Assembly (NCBI RefSeq): GCF_902713615.1
Contig: NC_052158.1
Location: 30,421,990-30,485,989 of the forward strand
Origin: Scyliorhinus canicula
Taxonomy: Eukaryota
Direction: 5' to 3'
Length of the DNA stretch: 64,000 nt
The notes below the pieces were generated by a model that saw only the letters and a list, made by a program, of their open reading frames with translations, was not told the origin of the DNA and did no database searches. Made by a program: the position numbers and the translations under genes. This document shows, one piece after another, positions 49,681-62,850 of the stretch. Within the stretch, counting starts at the first letter, position 1. Each line of letters opens with the position of its first letter.

Positions 49681-51724
49681 AACTAGTTTCTAAATTAATC
49701 GAGTCAAACCCTGACCTGATAGTCCAACCGCTGACCACTGCCCCGTACAGAAGTGCCAAATATCAATTAGACGCTAATTTTTAACTTGTGCTGGTTCCTA
49801 TGAGTGAAGTTAAATATCGGGTTGCTTTACATAAGTGAAGGGCACAAGTATTGCTCTCTTACCTCATTTACTGAAATGTTTTCCAGTTGAGGATAACGTT
49901 TCGCTGTGAAGTAAACAAGAGGATTGCGTGTAAGTAGCATCATATCTTAACCCTACAAGGGAACAGTCTGAAAATATTTATTTCAGGCATTAATCTATTT
50001 AACCGTGCAATGATGTATTGAAAATAAAGTATACATTGTATATAATAAGCCAGAAGTCTGCTCCTGGTCATTCACAGGTAACTTGTTCATTAAAGTTTGC
50101 TTGCACTGTTGCAGGGAAAGAGATTATGAATGGGCCTAATTGGCCAGATCTTTCAAAGCAAAAGCATTTGGTACAATGTACAGAATGAGCCCCTTCTCTG
50201 CTTTTTAATTGCACGACAGTAGCAAGCTCATGAGAACAGAACTTCCTCCGATTCCCCTGCAAGGCAGGCGTAATCTATTTAGACATATGTCACTAGGCGA
50301 GACATCCAGGCTAATGCTCTGGGGAAATGGGTTCAAATCCAACTTTGGAAACTGGCAGAATTTAAACTCAAGTAATAAAATCTGGAATTAAATGCTTGTC
50401 TCGGTAATAGCGACGCTGGACCATCTGTCAACAGTCACAGAAAACCATTTGTTTCATTAATGTCCCTTAAGGATGGAAATCAGCCATCCTGACCTGGTCC
50501 AGCCTACATTGTGACTCCAGACCCACATCAGTAATGTGGTTGGCTCTTAACTACCCTCTAAAATAGCCTTGCAAGTCACTAGGTTCCAGCGTAATTCACA
50601 AATGGTGAATCAATGCTGGCCTTGACATCCCGCATGAACAAATAAATATATACATATTATTTTCATGCTTGCTGGGTCAAACTCCCCATATTACCTATCC
50701 AACACCATTTTGAGAGAACTATCACATCAGCTACCGTTATCCTCTGTTCTCAGAGCGACTAGAGTTGGTAATAAGTGCTGACCGGTTTACTTTACATGCA
50801 TCACAAAAAGGATTTCAACAATCACAAAGTTTTCAGATGGAAAATGTTAATTTCGCAGTGGTGATGATAGAGAAACTGCTCACTTCATCATCTCCATTGT
50901 TGCTTCACTGAAACTGACAATAAAGTCAGAAATGTACAGAATAAGATGGAAGAGCAGATATCGCTGCAGCTAATTCTACACTTCTCCAGATGATATCTTG
51001 ATTAAGACACAAAAGCTGTAATCGATTTGAAATCTCTGAACTGGCAAGAAGTTCCATTCTCATACTACTGTATTAGTCCAATCGAAAAAACCCTTGAAAA
51101 TTTACACATAGTTCAATGGAGCTTGCAATTGGCTTCATCTTGGCACTATATTATTCGGCAAGAAAACTTTACATTGTGGAATCTCAAACTTCTGTATTAT
51201 AATAAAACAACCACATATATTTAAAACATATTTTAAACTGTATATCTTAATTTTAACTTTTACAGTAATCCAATCTTGATTTATTTATTTTGCAAGCAGA
51301 ATTATCAACTTAAAGATAAATGGATTCAGTCATTTTACATTCCACGATTGCTGTCTGTGAGAATGATTCAGTTTGATTGGTTTGTTCCGATGCTTGCTGA
51401 CACCATCGATGCTGAATGCCTGGAGATCCCTTTGACTTAGCACCATATGCAAAGTGACAGAGAACATCACAGAGATTCGTACATCTAGAAATATCGCTTT
51501 GCAGGGGGCAAAATCGAAGTTAATTACTTACATGCTAAAGTCACACAGCATAAGTTGCCCAGAGTTATCTTTAGACAAACCTCCGCTCAGCATTCCTGGT
51601 CAACATTTTTATTTCAGCCTCCAGTTGTTTTATGCCTCTCTGAGTTATATTGGGAACGAGGGTCAAATGGTTTCAAATTACAGACCGTTTTCTGGTCCAA
51701 GAAGATGGCCGCTAAACTCCGTTT

Positions 51725-51910
51725 GAAAATGAAAAAAATGAAAATTGCTTAGTGTCACAAGTGGGCTTCAATGAAGTTACTGTGAAAAGCCCCTAGTCGC
51801 CATATTCCGGCGCCTGTTCGGGGGGCTGGTACAGGAATTGAACCGTGCTGCTGGCCTGCCTTGGTCTGCTTTAAAAGCCAGCGACTTAGCCCAGTGTGCT
51901 AAACCACCCC
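51725..51910 (-). mobile_element. tRNA-head SINE, second family
   Basis: Reverse complement of 2184-2380. Confidence 0.8.
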
Positions 51911-54900
51911 TGATGGTGGGGGAAGAGAACTGCGTCTAACTCCATTTGGCTAATTAAAACTGGCTATGAAAGGGGACTTCCGGTGGCAGTCATGGACTGA
52001 GTGGTCGCACATTTGGTCGACCCCACTCAAGGCTCTCTCCTGCCCGATAGGTGTAGTATTTGAGGGCAGAGGATACAGGAGCACCTGAGCAAGGTGTGGC
52101 TGGTGGATCGATGGAGTCCCAGGTCCCAGTGATCCAGAAAGTGGAGGAGGCGGGAGCACAAGGAGCAGTTGGCCTTGTTGGTAGCGGAGGTGGAAGTGAT
52201 GCTGGAAAGCCAGACGAGGCTGGGGGAGAAGGTGGAGGATCTGGAGAATCCTGAGGATGCCTGAAGGCATTGAATGTGCAGAGGCCGGTGTAATGTGGCA
52301 AAGATACTGCACAAATTAATGGGGAGTGGCCTTCCATCAGTCCCTGGAGGTGGACCAAGTGCACAGTGCGCTGAGGAAGAGGCCGCGTGGGCGAGCTGCT
52401 GAAGACATTGATGGTGCAGTTGCAGTGCTTTTGGGACAAGGCGAAGATTCTTTGAAGGGTGAGGCAGACCAGGAAATGTACCTGGGTAGGGAGTGAGTTG
52501 CGGGTGTATCAGGGCCTGGAAGAAGAACTGGTGAAGAGGAGGGTCGGGTTTAACCGGGTTAAGGCTGCCCTTTAGGGGCTGAAGCTTGGGTATCATACCA
52601 AGCACACCTGGGAGTGACTTTCCAGAAGCGAGTGCTTAAGTTTGACATGCCAGAGGAGCTGATCAAATTTAGGAGGAACAATAGGTTGGAAGGCATGTGA
52701 GGACATTGAACTTTGGAGGAGTTTTGTGTGCTTTCCAATGTGTTTGGTGGTGGGTATTGCAGGGCAGGTCTTGGCGGGGGGTCAGTGATCGTGAGTGCAC
52801 ACGTTGTTACTCTTTAGAGGCTGATGGTCGGGTTGCTTTTGCGGGGTTGGGGGGGGGGTGGTAACCAAAGGGAGATAAGGTGGTTGGAGGACTTGGGCAG
52901 GGCCCCCATGCTAGCTGGTTGGGCTAGTTAATTGGAGTGAAGTGGGTGGCTGTCAGGAGGAGGGTGTGGGGGTGGGGAGGATGGGGTTGGTTCTTGGTTT
53001 AGGGGCGGGGGAGGGGAAGGGCTGCTGATGAGGGCTTAGTTTGTGTGGTGCAGTTGGGAAGGGATCAATGATGGTGGACATCCGAGGGCGTGCCTGGGGT
53101 TGCGTGACAAAAGCCTGGGGCTGGCTCAAAAATGGGTATGGCTGATGGGTAGTGGAACCGGTGGGGATTCCCTGAACCAGGCAACGTGAGGGAGCTGAAT
53201 GGGCCAGTTAAAAGGTCATGTCTGTTCGCGCATCTGAGGAGTTTGAAGGCGGGTGTGCATTTATTGAAGGAAGCGCTGGGGATGAGATGAGGTTGAGAAA
53301 GGTATAGGTGGGCAGGAGTTTAATTTTGGGCTGGATCTGAAGACGAGAGGGGTGGCAGTGTTGGTTAATGAGCGGATTGTGTTTGAGGAGGGGTGTATTG
53401 TGGCTGATCTGCAGGGGGAGATGTGTGATGATCAGTCAGAAGTTGGAGGGATGTCGGTGGTTCTGGTCAACGTCTTTGCCCCGAATTGGGCTGACATGGT
53501 TTTATGAGATGGGTGTTGAGAAATATTTCGGAATTGGACTCACACCAGTTGATTATGAGGGGGAGAGACAGATTTTAACACAGTCGTAGATCTGAGCTTG
53601 GACCCGTCGAGTCCCAAGTCATTGAGGTGTTGGCAGTGGCGAAGGAGCTGAAGGGGTTCATGGAGCACATGAGGTGGTGAACCCATGGAGATTCGGCAGA
53701 CCAAGGATAAGGAGTTTTCAAACTTATCCCATGTGCACTGGGTGTACTCCCAGGTTGACTTTTTTGCGTTGGACAAGATATTGCTGGCGGGTGTGGCTGA
53801 CTGGGAATATTCAACAAATGTGGTTTCCGACCATGCGCCACACTGGATAGATTTGCGGGTGGCCTGGGGGCAGGGGGCTGTACCCGCAGTGAAGGCTAGG
53901 TGTGGGGATGCTGATGAACGAGGAGGTGCATAGGCAGGTGAGGGCTGCCATTCGGGGCACGTGAAGCTGAACAACATGGCGAGGTCACCACCACGCTGTG
54001 GGAGGAACTCAAGGCTGTTGTCAGGGCGGAGTTTAGATCAATTTGGGCGCATAGGAGAAAACGGAGGGGGAGGAGAGAGCAAGGCTGGTCGACAAGATTT
54101 TGAGGGTGGACAGCAGATATTCGGAGGTGCCAGAAGCTGGGCTGTTGAAGGAGAGGCAGAGGCTTCAGATATAGTTTATTTCTATAGGGAAGGCAGTGGG
54201 GCAACTGTGGAGGGCCAGAGGGACAGAGTTTGAGTATGAAGAAAAGGTGAGCACGGTGTTGGCCCATCAGCTGAGAAAGCAGGAGGCAGCAAGGGAGATT
54301 GGTATCGTTCAGAATGATAAGGGAAAGCTGATGGTGGAACCGGACGGGGTGAATATGGTATTTGAAACGTTCTATAAGTTTCTACAGGTCGAAGCCCCCA
54401 ACTAGAGAGGAAGGGATCCAGTGATTCCTGGATGGGTTAGTTTTTCCCAAAGTGCAGGAGGGGCTGGTTCAGGGACTGGGCGGCCCAATTAGGCTGAGAG
54501 AGGTGATGGGTAGTATGGAAACGATGCAGGCAAGGAAGGCACCGGGGCCTTACGGTTCCAGGTAGAATTTTATAAAGGAACACCCCTCTACATTGTTGCA
54601 GGCTTCCATCCTGATTTTAAAGGACAAGGATTCGGAGCAGTCAGGGTCGTACTGCCTGATATAATTATCTAACGTGGATGCTACGATTTTGCTGAAGGTG
54701 TTGGCATCGCAAATTGAGGACTGTGCCCCGGGCGTGATAGGCAAGGGTGACGTAGGCTTTGTGAAGTGGAGGCAGTCATTGGCGAATGTGAGGAGGCTCA
54801 TCAATGTAATCTTGATGCCTTTGGAGGGGCATAGGTGGAGGTATTGGTGGCGATGGTCACAGAGAAGGCATTTGATTAGATGGAAGGGCCTATTTCTGGA

Positions 54901-55064
54901 GGTGCTGGGCCAGTTCGGGATAGGGTAGGTGTTTGTGAATTGGGTCCAGCTGTTGTAATAGGTGCCGGTCAGGAGCATGAAGATGAACCGAGTGAGCTTG
55001 GGGTACTTCAAGCCGCACCGTGGGATGAAGCAAGGGGACACGCTCTCCTCATTGCTATTAGAAC

Positions 55065-55362
55065 ATAGAACATAGAACATTACAGTGCAGTACTAGCCCT
55101 TCGGCCCTCGATGTTGCGCCGACCTGTGAAATCACTCTAAAGCCCATCTACACTATTCCCTTATCATCCATATGTCTATCCAATGACCATTTGAATGCCC
55201 TAAGTGTTGGCGAATCCACTACTGTTGCAGGCAGGGCATTCCACGTCCTTACTACTCTCTGAGTAAATAACCTACCTCTAACTTCTGTCCTATATCTATC
55301 TCACCTCAATTTAAAGCTATGCCCCCTCGTGCTAGACATCACTATCCAAGGAAAAAGGCTCT
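55065..55362 (-). mobile_element. CR1 3' end nested in the L1
   Basis: (agaacat)3 tail; STRGHSFKLR motif. Confidence 0.8.
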
Positions 55363-56244
55363 CATTAGCCTTGGCGATAGCCATTTGCAACAGCACTTCA
55401 GGCGTCAAGGGACTGGAGAGGGATAGAAAAGTGGGAGGTGTCGAGCACAGGGTCTCATTGTGCCCAGATGACCTGTTATTATATATCTCGGACCGGGTGA
55501 GCAGCATCGGAGGCATCATGGAATCCTGAGGGAATTTGGTTGGTTTTCGGGACACAAATTGAATAAGGAAAACAGCGAGGTGGATGCCAGAGGGCAAGTA
55601 AGGAAACCAGGAGAATTGCAATTTAGAGTGGTGGGGCGAGGTTTAGGTATTTGTGTATCCAGGTGGTGCGGAGCTGGGCACAGTTGCATGAACTGAACCT
55701 GGCTCGATTGGTGGAGCAGATGAAGAGGGACTTTATGAGCTGGGATGTGCTGCTGCTGCCGTTGGCAGGACGGGTTCAGACAGTAAAAATGATGCTGCCG
55801 CCAACGTTTCTGTTTATATTTCAGAACCACCCAATCTATGTCGCCAAGTCATTTTGTAGGAAGGCCAATGGGCTGATCTCTGGATTTGGGTAGGCAGAGA
55901 AGACTGTGGGTCAGACGGACTTTATTGGAGTGGGGGTGGCGGGGGGCGGGGAGAGGAGGGTAGTTGGATTGCATTGCCGAATATGATGGACTATTACTCG
56001 GCAGTGAATATTGCTTTGGCTAGGAAATGGGCCGTGAGGGAGGGAATTGGTGTTGGGCGGGTGGAGGCGGCATTGTTTAGGGCTTTGTTGTTGGCACCTT
56101 CACCAGTCTTGCTGGCCAGGTACTCCATGAGTCTAATCGTGCTGTTGGCCCTAAGGGTGTGGGGGAAAACAGTCAGCACCTGGGGCTGGAGGGTGCCTCG
56201 GTGCGAGTGAAACCTGTAACCACCATTGGTTTGCACCAGCAGGG

Positions 56245-57915
56245 CTAGATAGATAGATAGTGAAATACAGCACAGAACAGGCCCTTCGGCCCATGATGTT
56301 GCGCCGAACTTTTGTCCTAGGTTAATCATAGAATTTTGGACAATTTTTCATGGCCAATCCACCCAACCTGCACATCTTTGGACTGTGGGAGGAAACCGGA
56401 GTACCCGAAGGAAACCCACGCAGTCACGGGGAGGATGTGCAGACTCCACACAGACAGCGACCCAAGTCGAAATCCAACTTGGGACCCTGGAGCTGTGATG
56501 CAATTGTGCTATCCACAATGCTACTGTGCTGCCCTTAAGAAGTTAACCTACACTCCATTATTCTACCCTAATCCATGTACCTATCCAATAGCCGCTTGAA
56601 GGTCCCTAACTTTTCCGACTCAACTACTTCCACAGGCAGTGCATTCCATGCCCCCACTGCTCTCTGGGTAAAGAACCTACCTCTGACATCCCCTCTATAT
56701 CTTCCACCATTTATCTTAAATTTATGTCCCCTTGTAATGGTGTGTTCCACCCGGGGAAAAGGTCTCTGACTGTCTACTCTATCTATTCCCCTGATCATCT
56801 TATAAACCTCTATCAAGTCCCCCCTCATCCTTCTCCGTTCTAATGAGAAAAGGCCTAGCACCCTCAACCTTTCCTCGTATGACCTACTCTCCATTCCAAG
56901 CAACATCCTGGTAAATCTCCTTTGCACCTTTTCCAAAGCTTCCACATCCTTCCTAAAATGAGGTGACCAGAATTGCACACAGTACTCCAAATGTGGCAAA
57001 ATGAGGTGACCAAGGTTTTGTACAGCTGCATCATCACCTCACGGCTCTTAAATTCAATCCCTCTGCTAATGAACGCTAGCACACCATAGGCCTTCTTCAC
57101 AGCTCTATCCACTTGAGTGGCAACTTTCAAAGATCTATGAACATAGACCCCAAGATCTCTCTGCTCATCCACATTGCCAAGAACCCTACCATTAACCCTG
57201 TATTCCGCATTCATATTTGTCCTTCCAAAATGGACAACCTCACACTTGTCAGGGTTAAACTCCATCTGCCACTTCTCAGCCCAGCTCTGCATTCTATCTA
57301 TGTCTCTTTGAAGCCGCCAACAGCCCTCCTCACTATCCACAACTCCACCAATCTTCGTATCATCTGCAAATTTACTGACCCACCCTTCAACTCCCTCATC
57401 CAAGGCGTTAATGAAAATCACAAACAGCAGAGGACCCAGAACTGATCCCTGCGGTACGCCACTGATAACTGGGCTCCAGGCTGAATATTTTCCATCCACC
57501 ACCACTCTCTGTCTTCTATCGGTTAGCCAGTTTGTTATCCAACTGGCCAAATTTCCCATTATCCCATGCCTCCTTACTTTCTGCATTAGCCTACCATGGG
57601 GAACCTTATCAAATGCCTTACTAAAATCCATGTACACTACATCCACTGCTTTACCTTCATCCACATGCTTGGTCACCTCCTCAAAGAAGTCAATAAGACT
57701 TGTAAGTCAAGACCTACCCCTCACAAATCCGTGCTGACTATCCCTAATCAAGCAATGCCTTTCCAGTTGCTCAGAAATCCTATCCCTCAGTACCCTTTCC
57801 ATTACTTTGCCTACCACCGAAGTAAGACTAACTGGCCTGTAATTCCCAGGGTTATCCCGATTCCCTTTTTTGAACAGGGGCAGGACATTCGCCACTCTCC
57901 AATTCTCTGGTACCG
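56245..57915 (-). mobile_element. Young 5'-truncated CR1 LINE (near-intact RT) with an internally deleted HE1 SINE embedded in its 3' UTR
   Basis: ORFs 57707-57895, 56864-57676 (VYMDFSKAFDKVPH, GVPQGSVLGPLLF, FADDTK) and 56568-56999; SINE head and body at 56325-56535 between the RT stop and the terminal gggccgaagggcctg stem. Confidence 0.9.
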
Positions 57916-58944
57916 ATGCGAGGTTTATCGGTAGTAACAGGCAGGAATTAAGTGCTTTGCTGACTTGCTTTGGGAAAATCTCCGGGGTTGGAGGACCTGG
58001 AGCAAGTGTATGAGTTGCCCAGGTAGAATGGCCTCAGGTACCTGCAGGTTCAGGACTTCGTAAGGAGAGAGATACTTTCCTTTCCTGAGCTGCAGCCCCT
58101 GAAGTTGCAGGACAAGGTGCTGTCGAAGGTCAAAATAGAGGAGGGGAAAGTATCATATGTCTCTCAGGCATTGATGGAGTGGGAGACAGATTGGTGGCGG
58201 ATATTAAATATAAATGGGAGGAGGAGTTGGGAGAGCAGTTGGGGACTGACATGTGGCAACAGGCCTTGCGGAGGGTGAACACATCCTCATTGTGTGCGAG
58301 GTTAAGCATCATCCAGTTTAAAGTAGTATATAGGGTTCATTTGATTGTGGCGAGGATGTGTATGTTATTTGCGGAGATCGAGGATAGGTGTGGGTGAGGT
58401 GCGAGGGGCCCCACAAGGGGCCCCACATATTTTGGATGTGTCGGAGATTAAGCAGGTTCTGGCAGAGATTCTTGGACGTGATGTCCGAGGTGCTGGGTGT
58501 GGAGTTGGTTCCGTGGTCAAAGGTTGCGATATTGGGAGTGTCAGATGTTTTGGGCTTTGCCTTCCTCATAGCCCGGAGACGGATTTTGCTTGGGTAGTGA
58601 GACTCAGATCCACTTAGAGTGGGCTTGTGGGTGAGCAACTTGGCAGAATTCCTGAGGCTGGAGAAGGTTAAGTTCACTTTGAGGGGCTCTGCAGAGGAGT
58701 TCACCCTGAGATGGAAGTTGTTTACTGATTTATTTAACAACGTTTGAGGGGGCTCAACAAGGGGGGAAGGTTGGGGCTGGGTGGTTGGGGTGTTTAAGGG
58801 TTAATGGGGTTAAAATGGGAAAGGTGGGGTGACGTTGTTTATGATTTCTTGAATTTTTTTGTTGTTCATCTGATTCGTTCTGTATATGTGAAAATGCCTT
58901 GAATAAAAATATTTTCAAAAAACTGGCTATCAAATGGAGTGTGG

Positions 58945-59205
58945 GCATTACGGTAGCACAAGTGGATAGCATTGTGGCTTCACTGCACCATGGTCCCAGG
59001 TTCGATTCCCTGCTGGGTCACTGTCTGTGTGGAGTCTGCACGTTGTCCCCGCGTCTGCGTGGGTTTCCTCCGGGTGCTCCGGTTTGCTCCCACAGTCCAA
59101 AGACATGCAGGTTAGGTGGATTGCCCATGATAAATTGTCCTTAGTGACCAAAAAGGTTAGGAGGGGTTACTGACCTCCTTCTGCACTGTATGTTCTATAT
59201 TCTAT
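58945..59205 (+). mobile_element. HE1-type SINE with internal deletion
   Basis: tRNA head, body and tail homology. Confidence 0.8.
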
Positions 59206-61232
59206 GTGTATAATAGGGGAAACTGATGGGAAACTAATCGGTCTGCCCAAGTCGAAATTCCATGACAATAAAGGGTCTCAAATACTTACGATCATTTGGG
59301 AGGAATAAAGTCATATTCAGTTAGCCAGTGCTTGTCTCAGATTCAGGAGGTTACAAGAGAAAAGTCAGACACAACAAACCACCCCCCGGTTACCCAAAGG
59401 TCGGTAATTTGCTGCGTTATTCACCTGTTATGTTAAGTTCGTCGTATCCATAATCATGTCTGCAAAAAAGGGAGACATTTTACATGCATTGAGAATTAAA
59501 TGCCTGCTAAGAAATAGGTTTAATTTGATAGCTTCCAACAAGTTTGATATAAACAAATGCATTTTATGTTGTCTAAGCCTCCACCTCCACCCATATTATT
59601 TTTTTAATAAACTATGCATTTCAACGGGGTATTATTAAGAAATCCTGGTGAGACTGTTAGCAATACGAAGACAACCCCAGTTACGCTGTTTAAATCTGCA
59701 TGTGGATAATATACACTATTGTCCTTTCCTGTAGCCATCGGCAATATCGACCTCATCTGTATCCCACAATATCATGCAAGGTTACTTTGGCTGGTAACAT
59801 GAAAAAATACTGGCTGAATTTTGGAAAGTTCCCAAGGAGGCCCTTTTTAGACTTCGATTTTCAGATAACCTAATCAAGTTGCAGTAGGGATGGAACCGAA
59901 GGTTGTTAAAATGACTTTCCTCAGCTGGCCTTACAGCAGTCCTTATATTGAGTTTAGGTATCTTTGCATATAACTTGCATAAAAGATTGCACTGACAACA
60001 AACCATCCTGATGCCTGTCCACCATCTACAAGGCACAAGTCAGAAGCGTGGTGGAACGCTTTGCATTTGGCTGGATGAGTGCAGCTCCATCAACAATGGG
60101 GGGGGGGGGGGGGGAGGGGGGAGTAGTGGGGGGGGCGTGATATTACAGGCTACTTAAGAATATCACTCACCAGCCTGATTCGGAAATATATCGTTCGCCC
60201 TTCACTGTCGCTGGGGCAACATCCTGGAATTCCCTTCCTAACAGCACAGTGGGTGTATCTACATCTCAAGGACTGCAGCGATTAGGAAGGCAACTCACCA
60301 CCACTTTATGAAGGGCAACTAGGTATGTGCAATAAATGCTGGCCTAACTTGCGACGCCCACATCCCGTAAATGATTTTTTTTTAATCATCCGGATCGCTG
60401 GATTAAAATCCTGAAACTGCTTATCTAGCATCACTTTGGGTGGGTCAAACAACCCAGGGGCTGCAGTAGTTCAAGAACGTGGCACATCAGTTATTTCTCA
60501 GGCGTAAATAACGATGGACACTAAAAGGTGGCCTTGCCCGGGTTTCTCCAATCGATTGAATAAAAGAAATGCTAACCGATGCTCTATCTGCATATAGCAA
60601 AGAGAGTAAACATATTTTAATTAATTGATACCGGATATATTTCTCAATTTATGGAATTATGTGCCAGCAAATTCCACTAATAGGAATGGCATTTTGGAAT
60701 TGGATGCACCTCTGGACTAACCAATAACTTGAGATGCTGATCAAATGCTATTGCGTTAAATTGAAAGGGGTGCGCGCGGAGCGGCGGTCTGGGCGTTGAG
60801 GTCAATGGGTCAGATAGATTCAGCTTCTTTTTTAAAATAACTGGTCCAGTTGACTCTGCTACCAGGGCAGACGGACAAGACTGAGCTGAAGACGTTTGGC
60901 TAGTTCCCTCACAAAGGGAACTTTCAATTATCGGCGATAGTCTTGAGTGTCAGAGGCAGCAATGCCATTTATATTAAAGAAATCGCATGCTTGGATTGAT
61001 TACTAGAATTTGAGGGATATCGACAACTTACATTGAAATGAATTCGAGAGAGTAACTCTTTCCGATAAAGAGATGCAGATTTAATGCACAAAAGGCAAAT
61101 GTGTGGTTTTATTTTCTTACACTTCTGCGCATCTCCTGGAATCTCCGGTAAAATATTTCATGTGATTTCTTTCTGCAGTCTTAGCCTGACCATGGATAAC
61201 ATTGAAGTGGCCCCTGGGCTATACTTATACTC

Positions 61233-61437
61233 GATGTGGAGATGCCGGCGTTGGACTGGGGTGAGCACAGTAAGAAGTCTTACAACACCAGGTTAAAGTC
61301 CAACAAGTTTGATTCAAACACGAGTTTTCGGAGCGCAGCTCCTGAGCGCAGTTCACCTGAGGAAGGAGCTGCACTCCGAAAGCTCGTGTTTGAATCAAAC
61401 CTGTTGGACTTTAACCTGGTGTTGTTAGACTTCTTAG
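61233..61437. mobile_element. 205-bp palindromic Penelope-derived insertion with 13-bp TSD (tatacttatactc)
   Basis: TSD at 61220-61232 and 61438-61450; same element as 32045-32245 in the opposite orientation, sharing the terminus gatgtggagatgccggcg. Confidence 0.9.
61357..61392 (+). ncRNA. Hammerhead ribozyme core-like motif within the Penelope-derived element
   Basis: CUGAGGA-a-GGAG-cugca-CUCC-GAAA-GC-ucgu-GUU-U: CUGANGA box, stem II, GAAA box, mini stem III. A second copy lies on the minus strand at about 32090-32127 (CUGAAGA-a-GGAGC-cgu-GCUCC-GAAA). Stem I is not evident because the upstream part is truncated. Confidence 0.55.
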
Positions 61438-62027
61438 TATACTTATACTCAACTGCAGGGGTCAGTATGGTTGGGAGTGTCAACCCAGATTTATTTCCAG
61501 GTGCTCGGCTCGTACCACAGCTCAGGTCTGTTTTCATCCCTATTTTCCCTGACCACATGGGTTCCAGGACTTCAATCTGCTAATTCGAAGTGTGGGTCAG
61601 TGGAACACTGATAGTTTTTGCTTCGAAACAATTGAGGAAGAATCCAAGTTTATTTAATTGACAATCGATTGTAATCCCGCTGTTTTCGCGCGTTGGCATC
61701 GGTCCAAAGAATATTATGTCCGAGTAACAAACTAAATCCAGTCCGCCATTCCTTATCCACAGCTTGTCACAAAAATTAATATTGCCACACGTACTTGGAC
61801 TTGGGTTAAAATCACCATTACAAAAAACAAGCTATTTTGACGGGAAGTGCGTGTCCAGCAGAATTTTTCAATCTATATATAAAGGAACTTAACTCTGTAA
61901 ATCCATTATTTTACTTTGCTGGGGAATAAAGATTTATTTCTGACCTTTAGGAAACTGTGATTGGAAATTAGTAACTGAAATGAGCATATCTGAAATGTGA
62001 TTGGTTGCATGAAGAGAAAGTAATGAC

Positions 62028-62126
62028 TCACTCTGAATCGTCGCGTTCCACAATTACCAGAGAAGACGATTGCTTTAAAAGATCCAACTTTATCGTCGCG
62101 TACTGTACATACTCTATTGCAGTAGT
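62028..62126 (-). CDS. Terminal ITIM exon TTAIEYVQYATIKLDLLKQSSSLVIVERDDSE* of a second receptor gene
   Basis: Acceptor ctaatcttcctgtttttacag|, phase 0, 99 nt, VQYATI aligns with VQYCTL of gene 1; the TGA overlaps a possible ga|gtgagt donor, so the exon may not be terminal. Confidence 0.7.
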   Translation of the reverse strand, partial: TTAIEYVQYATIKLDLLKQSSSLVIVERDDSE

Positions 62127-62254
62127 CTGTAAAAACAGGAAGATTAGATTAGTCTAGATTGGCATGGTGCATCTTCAGGAACCTCGCGTTCATCAGTTGA
62201 TGTTTCTGCAAAAGATCAGCTATTCTATCTCTTTAAACTGGGATTAAGTACCAC

Positions 62255-62450
62255 AGAACATAGAATCATAGAATTGCTACAGTGTAGAAGGAGGCTATTC
62301 AACCCATCACGTCTGTACTGACCCTCTGAAAGAGCACCCTACCTAGGCCCCATTCCCCCTCCCTATCCCCATAAACCTACCGAACCAGCACATGTTTGGA
62401 CACAGGGGCAATTGAGCATGACCAATACACCGAGCCCACACATCTTTGGT
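62255..62450 (-). mobile_element. Diverged HE1-type SINE 3' half
   Basis: Tail and body homology. Confidence 0.6.
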
Positions 62451-62850
62451 GTGAGACTTTGGAGAAAATAAATAAGCAGACTATGCAATCAAACTCTGAA
62501 GCATAGGTGAACTCAAACACGGTCCGGATGTATGTTTGCAGAGACCTTGGGGGGGGGGGGGGGGTTCATAACCAATAAACATTTGGTCTTCTTCCATCTT
62601 GTACTCCTTTACAATTCTTAACATCTCGTAGTCGTAAAAGTGAAATGTATAATTCCTATCGATCGACATAGATAATTGTTAAAGATACCAATCTATTAAA
62701 TCTATCCATGCTGCAGTTACCAAATTGTGTTCTGTTCCAGTTGCTACTGTAGAAAGCATGATATGGAATTTGGGGAATGAAATGTATCTCTTCGGTCTTC
62801 TATAACCTGAGACTTCGAAACAATTGCACTTCATTTATATTGCTGCTTAC

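Larger units (their letters stand above)
51960..58925 (+). mobile_element. Near full-length, heavily decayed L1-clade LINE (ORF1, endonuclease, RT, 3' poly-A) with nested CR1 insertions
   Basis: Endonuclease YSQVDFF..SDHAPH near 53750; RT NVRRLINVI near 54790; VKMMLPPTFLFIFQNHPIY near 55790; IIQFKVVYRVH near 58310; tail gaataaaaatattttcaaaaaa. Confidence 0.85.

Noticed and set aside
61099-61147. Leader-like MCGFIFLHFCASPGIS(G)|gtaaaa
   Set aside because: The next acceptor is only 31 nt away and leads to a stop; no V exon found downstream on the plus strand.
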